Source: Sphaeroforma arctica JP610 | Lineage: Eukaryota | Direction of reading: 5' to 3' | Length of the DNA: 58,176 bases | NCBI RefSeq assembly: GCF_001186125.1 | Contig: NW_014040272.1 | Coordinates: 5,230 to 63,405, forward strand | Shown: piece after piece, positions 36,601-50,643 of the stretch | Layout of the letters: every line of letters starts with the position of its first letter | Position numbering within the stretch: position 1 is the first letter of the stretch | Position numbers and translations under genes: made by a program | Notes under the pieces: model-generated | Database searches by the model: none | Seen by the model: only the letters and a program-made list of their open reading frames with translations | Told to the model about the DNA's origin: nothing

Positions 36601-39600
36601 ATGATGTCTTTTTGCGTATCCGCAAGGGGAGTACCTCGCTTCGCATGCGAACGACGCTCACGTCTGTTAGCCACTTGACGGACGGCCCTGTAGATACAAC
36701 GGACATCACTTAAGAAACATGGTACGGCGCTGTGATCATTGGAAAACTATATACAATCCGGAGTGGTGTGACCCTGTAGTGTCATCAATTGCCACTGGCT
36801 TCCAAAGTAAGTTGTATGTAGTACCTAGAATACATACAACTTCATTGATTTCTCGCATCCCACAAGCGATATGTGAGCGCGTACGCATATGTATGATCGG
36901 CCCACAAGTTTGGTCAGAAGTGCTTATCTTGTAGACTATCCTACACGAGGTTATCATTCACATACAATTGTACTACTCTCAACAAAAATATGTTAACACT
37001 TTCAAAGACCAAAATGATACGCTCTCCATATGCGGCGAGCCAAAATACTACACACACCTTCATTGCACAACAGTCTAAGCTGAGCGTCAACGGCGTGACC
37101 CAACGCTAAATACGGCCAGGGTTCAATACATGTTCAAATCAACCGACCCCGTTTTCCCGAACATGGCAACTACGATACATGCACGCAAGGCACTTACTGT
37201 TCATGTCTTTGAGGCTGCGGTACAAAGTCCTGCATCACTAGCACCTCTTCCTCGTCCTGGCCATGCAATTGATTGGGTACGAGTTCAGCGTAGCCATCAA
37301 GTATCCCCGCGTCTGCCAGCGCAACGCCTATTGCTCGATGTGCCTCGACATACACTTCCGGACTCCAGTGGTACTGCAGGAATGCATGGCAATATATAGG
37401 TTCACATGATTACTATGAAGTCAACGTTCACAGTAAAATAGCGAGAAAACCCCACCGGCAAGTCAGTGGGGTGGACGGCGAAGCATGAACATATTCAGCA
37501 ATACATATGCCCTGCGCCGCGCCTATACTCATGAGCGAGAACAGAAGTTCCCGGTGCAGATAGTTCAATTCTTCAAACACTAATAGAAGGGAAATTCAGG
37601 GTGAAAGGTCCTCCTCAAACCTTCCGATTCACTAGACACAAGAGAAGACACAGTTCACGTACGCAGTGATCACCCACACACCTTACAATTCTCTGAACAC
37701 AAGTATATGGCGATACAATACTGTGGTACTTACCGCGTTGCTGGGAATATGGGCGTCATGACTGATGGCCTTTCCAAACCACGTCATCGCACCCGTGTAA
37801 TTGTTGCGTTTTAGATTCAGATTCATCATGATCTCACACACATCGGCACTGAAAGGCCGGTTGAGTTCTCTCATATCCTGTTAGTAAAGCGAAAGACAAG
37901 GTGAGATACAATCTACCGTTTATTATGGTTTACGACAACAACTACTACTATATTCTATACTTGAATGAACACCTTCAAATAAGCTAGAATCATATATACA
38001 CAGATGCGGGAACAACCCCCAGAAGCGTCATTCGAGGCTGGTCTGATCGTGACCGTTGTACAAACAGTTTGAGGGAAATAATGATACGACAGTTAAAACC
38101 TTAAGCACCAAGCGTTGGAGTACAAACTGGCAATAACGAGCCCCTGGTAGCCTGGGATTGCATGCGTAAATATGCTTCGCAATAAACGGATCAACACAAA
38201 CGCACAAAGTGATCACGCACTTCCTAGCACCGACCGAGGCAATAATACACCTGTGGCAGATCAATAGCCCGTATGCACACCACATACTACATTGTGCCTG
38301 AACAGAAGGCACCAACAACTCAACCAATCAACGCATCCTTGAGAACAAGACACAACACGCCAATAGTACTACAAATTCCCCCCTCATTGGGAGATCAAAG
38401 CTTCGGTATCAACAGGCCGTCACTTCCTTCCTACACACACTACCTACCTGAATGATGGGCAGCAACATATCAAAGTTCTCCATCCGCACGTGCATATCAA
38501 ACTCAGCGCGCAGTGAGGTATAGAACCGCGGCAGTTGGTGCTGGTTACTGAGCTGGCGCAGCATGGCTACCATGGGCGCGTTGTCGGTTTTGGCGGCGGC
38601 GTTGATGATGGGTGCGATCGTAAACTGGTCCAAGGCACAGTTTGGGTTGCGGCTCACCTCAGCCATCAGCTCGACGGCGTCGGTGATCTTCCCCTCGATT
38701 GATAGTTGGTGGATCATGGCGTTGGCGGCATGGGTGTCGTAGCCACCCTGTGAGGAGACGTCGTGTGCATGCGCGGGTGTGAAGGGTGTGTGTGTTGGTC
38801 AGCTAGTGATTGGGAAGTGATGCGCAGGTGTTTTGGGATAGGGAATGTGTGTATGTGAAGGGAGAATGGAAAAGGTTTGTGTGCGAGCATTCACTAGACA
38901 CCACAACAGGATGTACTTTGAGAAGGGGGTTGATCACTGTTTCAACGGAGACTCTCAGAAAGAGCCTCGGCACACAGCCAGGTACCTATTTTATACCGAA
39001 AAGACTTAATTGCGACAGAACTAGAACTCAACTACAGAAGCGGATACGCTGCAGACTTACCTTCATGGTTTTTAGTAATTCGAACACTTCTTTGGTCTTG
39101 CTGTACTGTTGGGCTTTGGTGAAGTACATCATCATCTGCGTGCAGAACTTCTGGTTGACCAGAATGTGCTCCTCCCGTACCAAGTTGTACAGAAAGGTTG
39201 TGGCCTCTGCTTTGGCCTGGGCATTGCCTTTGTTCCCCAGGCGAGTAAGCACACCGGCCATCGTGCCCTCGAAATCAGCTGATAAGCATATCGAAACATT
39301 TAGAACAAGTGTGCAAGAGCTCTGCCTTGGATACAAACATGGTCGCCAAGCTCAAATTGCACAGTGCACAGAGGTGCATTGCCGCGTGGACAAATCCTTT
39401 GTTTGTTCTCTATAGCACATTAGCGAGACTGCATGCACTATCATTCACGAGAAGGCTGTGTTGATGGCTTCTAAACTGCTCAGCGGTGAAGCAGAATGCA
39501 TCCCGTGTACAAGAAAGAAAAGAAAGAAAAACTCTGATACGCTGCAGATTGCACGAGTTATTCGTTTCTTTCGACCTGCAGGCTTCCTATCACCCCAGCA

Positions 39601-42600
39601 ATCATTTCAGAATTGGGACAGTTCAAAAGACAAAAGCTAGTAATTCGAAATCTTTGATCCCTCCAGGATTTGCGCATTCCATTCGCACGGGCAAACATAC
39701 GTGCACCACGAATAAATACACAAGGACGCATATGCACTACAAGCGCACACAGAAGGGTACAAATGCACCACAGACGCATACAAAGGGTACAAATGCATCT
39801 CAAATACAGAGACAGAGAAAAAGTAACACCAGACACACCCAGTTTTCTCGGTTGCCCATGGTTGTCTAAGTGTGTTTGTAGAAGCATGCGCCTGACATCC
39901 TTCAACGCATACAAGTTCGCATAGGAATACACTAGAGCTCGTTGGACGTATGCATCTTCAAGCACATGGGCTTTTTTAGCCATTCTCACTACCACCTTGA
40001 GATCTGACATACTGTGGTGATAGTATGGTGAGAAGTGTTGCATAAAACAGAATCCATGAGAAACAACACCGGGACGATGAAGTACATATACAAGGAACAA
40101 TCCTTCTTATCACGCATAAGAATTTTACTCTACTCGCTAGTTGCGCAAAATTTAAATCTGAAGTCCAGGTGATGGCATGTGATAAACTTGACTGAAATGT
40201 GCCGTTGTGTACGAATTTTATAATACGATTTGAACGCGAGGGACACTCATGCTGCCGTTCCCACTTTGTGATGCAACGATATGAAGTATAGCGTGTTGCT
40301 GACGATAGCATTCAAAAGGAGGTACAGATAGCCGCAGATGTAATTGTATGTTTAGGGGAAACCTATCTCTAGGTGGTGAAAGAGTCTCTCTGTGTGTGTG
40401 TGTATGTGTGTGTGGCCCATATTCATTGATATAGTAAAGATGTATTCTAAGAATTTCAAAACATCTTCCAATAAAAATTGCCCTCATGTATAGACACCAC
40501 AATCAATACCCACTAACGACACTCAGTCAGACTACCGTGGTACACCTACTTCTCAGCGGCATTGATGGCTGTACGAGCTGTATGACTGTTCTGAGCCAAG
40601 CCCATATTACTCATCTTGTCCCACACACTAACTATCTCTCCCAGCCCGAGATGAGGATTCTCAGCTATGGCGGCGATGTACTGTGTGTATGTCTTGACGC
40701 CCAACAGAACATCGGCCTTCCGCGCGCGCTCGAAGATGTAGTTAATTCTGTCTTTCTCCCTACCATTTTTCACCAAGGCTTGGATGATTGGGATGTAGCA
40801 ATCTTCAGTGGCGGTGCCTGCTTTCTCCATCTGCGTGTGTGGACGGTTTGTTAGTTGCTCGAGCGGTTGTGATATGAAGTATCGAGTGTTAAGCATATCA
40901 GAGTTTCGATGCTCTGTTGTCGACAGCTCCGACAAGCTTGGATATGTGTGTATTGCGCACGCGTCAAGACGTTCTGCACTAGCTATCCACCACTGGCCGG
41001 TGCTGGTGAACGTACAACATGTAGCACGGACATGAATATCAGCGTCATAGTCATATAAGGCACCCATTAAGGTTGATCACGCGAGAAAACTCGCGTTGTG
41101 TTGTGTAACGAGCTATTCTAGAGTGAGTGCGTTCGCCTCTCCGATTGCAGACAGAGGAAAAGGCGACAATCATTCACCGTGAAAACTTGCACTCTCATAT
41201 GACTGCCCAACTTCACTATCCCTTCCACTTGCAGGAAACAGTAGTCCATCATGTACTCTCCCCATTCGAAATAGTAGTCCATCATGTACTCCCCCCATTC
41301 TCGTCCTACCTTCAAACCGTACCCACCAATTCACTAATCTGCACTCACATCCTCTTTTAACTTATCCTCTGATCCACTCCCACGCATACTGTATACTTCT
41401 CTGCGGCAATAAACACATACCTGAATATGCGCAGTGCTTTACCTTCCTCCCAAGCACTTCTCGCACACAACACGCCGACAAATATACGATCCGCACGCCA
41501 TCCATACTTACCTCAGTCAGGATGCGCTCAGCCGTCTTAATCTCTCCCTTCTCTGCCAAATGACTGAGACAGTAGAAGTAGGGCTCTCCTTCGACCGCGT
41601 GACCGTGCTTTTTCATCTCGGTCATGTAGTGGAATCCGGTCTTACCGCTGACGTCGATCTGTATTCGTATATGAAAGAGTGTTGCAAAGTTAAGTGTTTT
41701 GAGAGTTGGAGTCCACGCACTTGCGCAGGCCTACATGTGCGTTAGAGCTCGGAGGGCCTGTCTGTGGACTTGAGCCCACTTTTTGTACACAAGTACCCGT
41801 TTGTATATGACCCTTAGTAGCGGGACGCGAAAACAGGCATTCAATGCATGTATATGTAAGCCTCGAAAATTGATCAATCATCAGATATCAATGAAATCAG
41901 GAGTCGCAATCTATGGGATAGACTATTACGAATACTTCGAGCACTAGTATATATGCAACAGCACAACTACACCACGTTGTGAGCGGGAGTGCTACAATAC
42001 AAGCGATAACACCACGTGATGTAGGTGCAATTCGAACATGCGACTCCCCCTTACCTCAAAGCCGACATTTGTCAATTCCGTGTAAATGTTCTTGCTGAAT
42101 TTAACATTCGCTCTCCGCATCCGATTCACAAGTCTGTTGAACTCCTCGAGTCGATACTATGGAAAGGGTCCCGAAGGGTAGTCGACACGTCAGTGGGACT
42201 GATTAACACGGGCACAGTAATTTGTATACATGGATCCAGAGACAGGGCCAAGGTATGGAAGGAAACTCGAAGCGATGTGGCAGTGACAAATTAAACAGAC
42301 AATCAAGTGTGGATGTAGTGGTACAGGTCGGGAAACATGCTCTAAATCTACAAGGGTACTTGAAAGCATATGTAGGCGTGTTATTAATGAAATGACAAAG
42401 TTTTGGGTGAACGGGGGTATACAGATATTAAATGTTAGACAAACTCCTGTGGCCATAGTAAATCTCACCACGGGCAATGACGACTCAACAATTCAATGGT
42501 GTTCGTGCTGATTAAACCCCTTTGTAGTACACGGTCAGTGCTACTAGACTGCCCCAGGAAGCTCGTACATGATTTTCGTGATAGATGTGAACATTGCAAC

Positions 42601-43497
42601 ACAAACACCGTCATCGTGGCATGCGAAACGACTAAACATCCTTACAGCGGTGTAGGAGGAACACGTAGTGAAAACTGTACGCAAGCCTCATTGCACATCA
42701 ATTCACAACTGTAGGCGATTCGTTGGCAATTGCGGCAAGAGGGCAGCTAACTTGCCATGTGAACTCACTGCACAGGCTGCTACTTACGTTACAGTCGATG
42801 AGATCATACTCTTCGTGACATACAGATCTAGACAATGCCGTGGGGTATGGCCTTCGATTCGGTCATGATTTACAGTTCTCAATCTCTTAAAATTGATCTA
42901 ACATAAAGGAAATACAGTTGACTGGCGCGTGCAGACATACAGTGGGGGATATGGCCAGCCGTTTGCGGATATTGTTGAGCGCATTGATCAGCAAGTCCTC
43001 GTCCAGCTTCCTCTTCGACCCCTTGCCTGCGAATATGGCATCAACATCTCTCCGGAAACTGAGGCGAGTGCGGTTTAAATGGTGTAAGTGAATTTGGCGC
43101 ACAAAGGAATACTCGCTACAGAATACCACGGAAGACTGACGTGTACACTTGAATGAGCGGCCTACACTACATGCAGTGGTCACATCTACGTGCGACTTAG
43201 CATTTCTGTGCATGTATGACTTGAATACACCAGCGGAATGCGTACATGTAAAATTAGGCCATTCACACACTACACAAAATACACGGGCCTTGTGTAAGTT
43301 TCTTAGACCTAAAATGCACATATTAAGGTACAGGTACGTATATATGTGTGTGCAAGGTGCTGTGAAATGACAATACTTAAGCCTTTTCCTTCCGCGCTGG
43401 CCAATATATCTATCCGAACAGAGTCATACAATTGAAATTGGATCGAAAATCACTTACGAACAGCATTCACACTCGCAAAAACGGTATACAAATTTTG

Positions 43498-43532
<35 letters not shown>

Positions 43533-43974
43533 AAATCTACACACACATATATATTTACATTTATATATATATGTATATGCATATAAATATTTAAATATAA
43601 TATATATATATATATATATATAAATACAGATATTTATATATACATACAGATGTAATTTGAAACATAAATATAGACACGATCGTATAATTATAATACAAAT
43701 ATAGAAATATAGAAACATGCAATAAACACACCCATATATATACAATATATATATATATATATATATGTATACGTATATATTTATATATATATATTTATAT
43801 ATAAATATAGAAATATATACATCCATATATATATATAAGTACGTATTTATATATATATTACATACATGTGTGTGTATGTATATGAAAATAGATATATATA
43901 TATATTTCTATATTTGTATTTATATATATATATATGATACATACATACATACATAAATTCATATATATATATAT

Positions 43975-44035
<61 letters not shown>

Positions 44036-45145
44036 CGCGTGTAAGAATGTATGTAAATATGCATATATACTGATAATAAATATGTGTTGATAGATATATA
44101 TATATATATACATATGTATATATATATATATGTATATATTCACATATATATATATATATATATTTACATATATATATATAAAATTGTGCGTGTCTGCCGG
44201 TGTGTCTGTAGATAGATAGATACAAATACAAATATACCTATGTATTGAGAGACATCATTAGATACACAAGCATATATTGAAAATCGAGCACCCAGCCTAT
44301 GACAATGGAGAAACCGAATAGGTAACTATAATATAAAACAATTAGACAACCAATTTAACTTCATATAGACTTATTGAATCGATAACTGATGACAAAAAGA
44401 CCTTTCGCATCCACTCCGCTTACCTCGGCAAGGACTGGTGCGCTCCCAAAACATTCTTAGCTTCTGGGTGAATTCTCAAGTTTAGTTTCAAGGGGTTCTG
44501 ATTGTCTTTCTCTCGTCTCCCCCTTGGTGACCATGAACTTCGTTTTTGTTCGTTGGGGGCATTCAATTCTGTAGCATGTCCATCCCCATCCGGATTCCAA
44601 CCACAAACTTCCCTCACACTACCATTCACACCGCCTACAGCTCTATCTATATCGTTTACACCAGGCCCTTTACTTGTATTCATATTCGTATTCGAATTCG
44701 AACCTAGTGATATCACATTCGCTGTATCTGGGTTCACCTGGTGTGTGGCTATAGCTGTTGTTGCTGAATCGCTGTCAACTGTACTATTCATAGTCGAAAG
44801 AGTGTTCGGATTGAACCTGCTTTCTGAAGGGTCGTGGTGGCCCGAGCTCAACTCGCTCTCGCTCTCGCTGATCATTGCATGGTACGTGTTATATCCTCGT
44901 CGTAGTGGTAGTGGTGTTGTTGCTAACCCACTCCTATAGTCCAAGGATGATTGCTTATGCATTCTAAGACCTATATTTGCCCCTATTTCACTATATTTCG
45001 CATCCTTTCTGTGTGTTATGTAAGTGCGTACAGGCTGCTGGCGGGTATGCCTAAGTGCAGGGCTTGTGCTTGAGCGAAACATTGCAGCCGTACACAAGTG
45101 CGTTCGCAGTATTGCGCACTTACTACCAACATACGCACGCACCAT
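33695..45145 (-). CDS. Pentatricopeptide-repeat (PPR) protein with a long low-complexity C-terminal extension, probably mitochondrial; one frameshift at 35339-35347
   Basis: Arg-rich, acid-poor N-terminus ([26 protein letters not shown]). PPR-like helical repeats include [87 protein letters not shown] and [42 protein letters not shown]. About 13 GT-AG exons; downstream exons 37374-37198, 36687-36384, 36030-34333 and 33733-33695 join in phase apart from the homopolymer shift. Confidence 0.8.
33960..34320. repeat. Degenerate ~27-30-bp minisatellite (atatatatagctacacatacatacctc) in the last PPR intron
   Basis: Roughly a dozen diverged copies are visible. Confidence 0.85.
34772..35008 (-). repeat. 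117-bp (39-aa) in-frame tandem duplication in the PPR C-terminal region
   Basis: [39 protein letters not shown] followed by [39 protein letters not shown]. Confidence 0.9.
41240..41300. repeat. 33-bp intronic tandem duplication
   Basis: agtagtccatcatgtactc(t/c)ccccattc occurs twice. Confidence 0.8.
43495..44185. repeat. (TA)n-rich microsatellite tract in PPR intron 1
   Basis: Directly visible. Confidence 0.95.
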
Positions 45146-46272
45146 GATTGCGACTGTGTTGGTCGGACTATTCAATGCTATTTCGATATTTTATCTCATA
45201 CTACAGTTATACAAGCAATAATGTTCGGTTATCGTGTTTCGTACTATATTCACACAAGGAACTGTACTTGTTTTCAGTAGGCTGTTTGCAGTATGCTGTA
45301 GTGGTACCGTGATTGATCATACCATCATCTCTTTATGATCCCCCGAGATACAAGCGTGCGCGATAGATGCGCGCACAATGAATATGAAATGAGACACTAT
45401 TGCGCTCTCGGATATGCTACGATATGTAAGAGTTGCTATGCATTTTCATCAGCACTGTTTGCTTGCCAATGTTTATTTACACACTGGAGTGGGGACATCT
45501 GAATTCTGAACCCTCGAACGTGTTGACCAATATCGCTGTCATCTCTCTTGTGGCAGTCGAAAATGCAGCACACAGATTCTTTCGTTTTCCTGTGGTTCTA
45601 TAAATAGACTTTGTGATGACACTTTTTGGCGGCTCAACGCACATGCATATCAATGAAGTTCGGTATCAGCTTAAAATTCCTGTCAACGTTAGCCTAAATT
45701 ATAAGGTTTCTATTGGACTATTCCAAGGCTGCGGAAAAATCGATTGGATACGAAAATCTGCTTGTTGCCACTGGACAACTCGAGTCTCAAAATGGGAAAT
45801 CTTTCTTCCTCGCCAGAAGCTCGCGGTAGAAGTGATGAAAATATTAAAATACATAGCGTTTATGTATCTATATGTATATAGGGACATAGGGTACTAAAAC
45901 CGATTCGTATGTGAATTTCAAGGGTTCAGTAGCAGATTGTAGAAGCTTAAAGCCATAGAGTAGTGAATTGAGCCAGGGCCTGTTGTGAGGGCATGTTCCT
46001 TCCAACAGATGTGAAGTAGATTTGCCATCGGTACTGAACGTTTCACCTTGTATACGCTACAGAAGTTTGTTTCACTGTACCTGTTGCACAAGATATGATT
46101 ATATCAGTCAACTCGTTGTTGGACATGACAAAGACAAATGGGACACAGGCATATTTTTTTTTTGAGACGGCTTCATCACAAGCCCTTCTTAGATCGTATT
46201 TGACTTAGTTGGATTTCAACTTAGTCTGAATTCGACATCTGATATTTTGGTGTACAAGCAGTGTTCGACGGG

Positions 46273-49200
46273 ATGGCAGACACCAAATCGAGTCAAGAGG
46301 TTGACCTTATTCTGGATATACTAGATAGTAAGTGTACATGTATATAACAAGAGTACTATTCAATCAAGCTGTATGTGCAAGCAAGATCACGCATCTTTCN
46401 NNNNNNNNNNNNNNNNNNNNNNNNNNNNNNNNNNNNNNNNNNNNNNNNNNNNNNNNNNNNNNNNNNNNNNNNNNNNNNNNNNNNNNNNNNNNNNNNNNNN
46501 NNNNNNNNNNNNNNNNNNNNNNNNNNNNNNNNNNNNNNNNNNNNNNNNNNNNNNNNNNNNNNNNNNNNNNNNNNNNNNNNNNNNNNNNNNNNNNNNNNNN
46601 NNCTTGACATGTCACTGAAGCTGATTATGCTCACTGCTCTCCCATAGGAGCACTGTCTACCTATTACGAACATACGCACACCAACTCGTATTTCTATATA
46701 TTCATATAGTTGTCGGGACCGTAGTCTTTGCCATCGAGGGTGGACTCAGTGGAGCGCGAGAAGGATGTGACATCGTCGGTATGTCTCAGAAGGTCTTTTG
46801 CTGTTTGATTCCAAATTGAATAGGTGTTTTTGTACACAAATGATTAGAATTTACATGTGCGCTTCATTGTGTCTCTATTATCTGCAAGTTTCTTTGCTTG
46901 CCATTGACTTAAACAACAAACTTATTATTAAAAATGAACGAACTCGATTGATTGATGCGGTTGTATTCACAGTAGTTACATATCTGTATTTGTGTAAAAT
47001 GTCACGAGTGTTCAAGAATTTGGCACCGCTTGAAAAATATCCTTTTTCAGCAACATTGCACGGTGTATCGTACAGTAATGGGGGTGATCCCTTGTTGTAA
47101 TTAAGTATTGATCGGGTCTCAGTTTTGGTGTGCAGCGTTCGAGTATCGACGACGCCTTTGCCGCTCAACGGTGTATGGATTATTCCGTAGCATGGTTCTC
47201 CATGGTTGAGTGTGTGCGTCTCAGGATACAAGGGCCTACAATGAACGATCCGTGTTCCAGAATTGACAAATTCGGGAATTTCTTTTGGTTGAACTGCGCA
47301 AATGATTCAAAAAATATCCGCTGCATAATTGTACACCATTTCCGGTCTCTGATTCTCCCTATAATTATGCACAAGGATGCCCACGAGCTATATAGAAGCA
47401 CGTACAGAAAGCCAGATACAAAAAATCTCTCGCACACTCAATACACTCTTTCCTACCCAGGCTAGCACTCAGGCAGACAAGATCTTAACGTGTACATTTT
47501 AAGAGATTCGCTAGGCGAACACACCTATCGGCCCTGCGGTTAGTTTACGGACACCTATCGACCATGTGTATATCCTTGCGCATGATTTCGCCAGGCAAGC
47601 AACCCATCTCAAAGTGGCACTCGGCCTTTCTTTCTCGTTGCTAGGGATGATCATCTTTGCCTTCGTAACCGCGTGCGGGGGTGGCACAGTGCGAGATCTG
47701 ATCCTGGATCTTCCGGTTTTCTGGATTTCCAATGCACTGTACCTCTACCTGAGCATGGCGGCTGTGGTGCTAGTGTATATAGTGTCTTTCTTTAAGGACC
47801 TGAGTGTCTTCCCCCCGTTTCTGATGATGTTGTTGGACGCCATTGGGCTGGGTGCCTTTGTTGTCATGGGTGCCACCAAGTCTCTGCAGCTGGATCTTCC
47901 CATTCCCACGTGTATCTTCATGGCTGTGCTGTCCGGTGCGGGCGGGGGTGTCATCCGTGACACTCTGAGTGGGCGCATTGCAACCGTTTTTAAAGAGGTG
48001 TGTGCGGCTGTGTAGATTTGTGTGAAAATCAGGTAAGGATTAGTATTTAGGTACAAAATCGAGTGTATTTGAGGATTTAAACCGTGTAATCACGTACTAC
48101 CTGACTTGGATTTTGGTGCCCTCGAGCGATTTGTCGTATTGTCATTCCTCTAAGAACTCGACGTCGAGTGAGCCGTTGTGTCGTATATATGCATCAGTGA
48201 CCACCTTAGCCATGAGGTATCTGTCGATATTTGAGTCTCATGAACATGCGTAGCTTTGCACACAAGCAGCAGTAGCAACTGGACTGACTCGCCGGATCTC
48301 CCTGATTGTCTCGTCCGCCAGGTATTCAATCTCAGCTCAAACATACACGAACATTTTACACTATTCACAGGATGTATACTGTGTATCAGCGGGGCTGGGT
48401 GCGTTCATCTACTCTCTGTGCTGGAAGCTAATAGACAATCTCGACGGCACAGGCCTCATCAGTTTGACAGTGTGCACCATCCTACTCGTCACCGGTGTTC
48501 GAATTTTGGGGTATGTATTTGCATTCGCAGGGATGAAGCATCGTTGTGCCGGGTATAGATCATGAAGTACTGGTCTGACTGTTGTGAGAACATCACGCCT
48601 ATACACGTGCTTTATACAAGCTTCAGATATTCGGAGTATCAGATTCTGAAAGAATTTGTCAAGCAATCTCATATGAAAGTTGTGCTGGATGGTGTGTAGG
48701 GTTAATGGGCCAGGCGTTCTAACCCACACATAACACACTGTACGCTCCATACGATGACGTAAACTTCATGACAGATCTCAGAGGGACAGACTCGCTGAGC
48801 TTGGTTAGTCCTGTCAATAACCACCATCTGATATCTGATATACACTTTATCAAGTTCGCTTTGCTAAACCACGATTACCCCTTCCGCATACTGCAGTTAC
48901 GTATACCACGCGAAGCTTCCGAAACCGAAACAGGTCCTTCGACAGATGACCAGGCCGCTATCATACAAGAAGTCCGGGATCACTACCAACGACAGCCACT
49001 CCCAATCGGGCGGCAGCGACCAGCCGCGGGAGCCTGAGGGATTTCTGATTGAATCTCAGGTGTATGAGGATCTGGATCGGGGCATAGACATGCTCAATGA
49101 TATCATGCGCCAGCGCCTGCAGGACAGAGAAGTGCTGCGGCCGGATAAGAGTGGTCTGGACGGGTCTTTAAGGCGAGATATGGCGTTTATGGGCCCACGA

Positions 49201-49743
49201 GAGGCCGTACGCCGGCGGTTGCAAAGTGAGAGCAGCAATATGACCCTGAGCCACACCAACGATGATGGCGGATCACGCATCAACGAGGATCGTACACTCG
49301 CGGCGCGGATGGGGTCAGAGCTCAACATACCGATGGGCACAATCAACAGACAGCCGTCGTCTGGCAGCGCTGGGTCGTATGCGACGGGGGTGTCTGTATT
49401 CTCGGCAATGCCGGATGAATACGACGGTATGGACAAACGCCGCGTATCGTTTGCCGATGAAGCGATCGGACCGCCGGGAAGTCCGCTGAGGCTGAATGTG
49501 GATGTCACTACTCCCGAGAAGAGCAGTCTCTTTGGGGATGGTATAGGTAGTAGTAAGGCAACAGAGAGTAAGGAGAAAATGAGTACGGGCGAGTCACAAC
49601 TGGATATGGTAGATCAGATGTACACGAGCGAAGACAGGAGTGAGGGTGGAGAGGAGCTGCCGGCGAGGCTCAGCGATATCTTAGAGAGCACGCCGTCCGT
49701 ATTGAAACTGACGAAGGGCCCCGGCCGACGGAATCTTAAATAA
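46273..49743 (+). CDS. Bacterial-type TRIC / UPF0126 (YadS/YicG-like, 'glycine transporter' family) 7-TM protein with a ~270-aa C-terminal tail (~487 aa, 5 exons)
   Basis: Exons 46273-46327, 46710-46778, 47645-47997, 48371-48510 and 48897-49743 are phase-compatible (1464 nt). Motifs: LDIVGTVVFAIEG, D.VG..FAFVTACGGGTVRDLIL..PVFW, LDAIGLGAFVVMG, SGAGGGVIRD.L, RILGYVYHAKLP. Confidence 0.9.
46400..46601. other. Assembly gap inside intron 1 of the TRIC-like gene
   Basis: Run of N. Confidence 1.
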
Positions 49744-50643
49744 ACAAATTATAGTAGTATAAAAAATAAAAGATTGTTTATTAGAACACCCTGATATTTA
49801 GACTCAGATATTTTTGAGCGAGAGCAATGAGCTGTCGTTTGTACAATGGCTTTGCAGAAGATGCTCTAGTGAATATATTGTGGAGACCGCTCCTGAGCAA
49901 CCGCCATTGGTGTAATAGTACTTACTTCGAGTATACGATCAAAGCGAAGGCTCATAAATCCACCGCCTGCAATGCAATTGGTACACTTCAAACTAGAATT
50001 CTAATTCATCTTATAAAGAATATACATAGCATAACGCACTTTGTATTGTCTCAGCGTATATCATCTCTCTGCATTTGAGGACAGTTTGGTGTTGTGTATT
50101 GTACTGTATCTACCGCGTTCAACGGCCTACGGTAGAACTGTTTTAGGATTCGTGCGATAGTGTGCGCACTCTCTGTGGTGTACTCGCCATTCGCCTTCGG
50201 CGTCCGTTGTGTTAAAACCGTTGGCGACTGCCGTTTCGCGGTCTAGTTAACTGGATGTCAGGGCCGTAGGCAAATCACTGGCGGGCTTGAAATATATCCG
50301 CACTTGGTGATTGGGCTGGTCCTGTCTGAGTGCGCGTATGATTCACTTGAGTCTCCTGGCTTTAGCTTGAGCTCCCTGGCTCGATGTCCAACGCTACCGC
50401 GTCATCGCAATGCATATCGTCTGATTGAGATGATATATCTCGGCACGCTCACACTTTGGAGATAAAAAACACCGAAATCTGGTTGTGTATAGCGCTAACC
50501 GCCGAGTTTCAACCTCTAATACGAAGTGTAGTTTTTTTTATTGTCACCGTCGTTTCCGACGTATATATCCGACGTTCGTCCGCAAAATACAGATTATCAG
50601 ACTGTGCTCAAGTGTGATTGCTTGCACTACCAAACTGATTCTT

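Noticed and set aside
46332..46679. Poly-X ORFs
   Set aside because: Artefacts of the N gap.
50100..50480. Coding-like composition downstream of the RhoGAP stop
   Set aside because: The minus-strand frames checked close quickly and no convincing splice junction was found.
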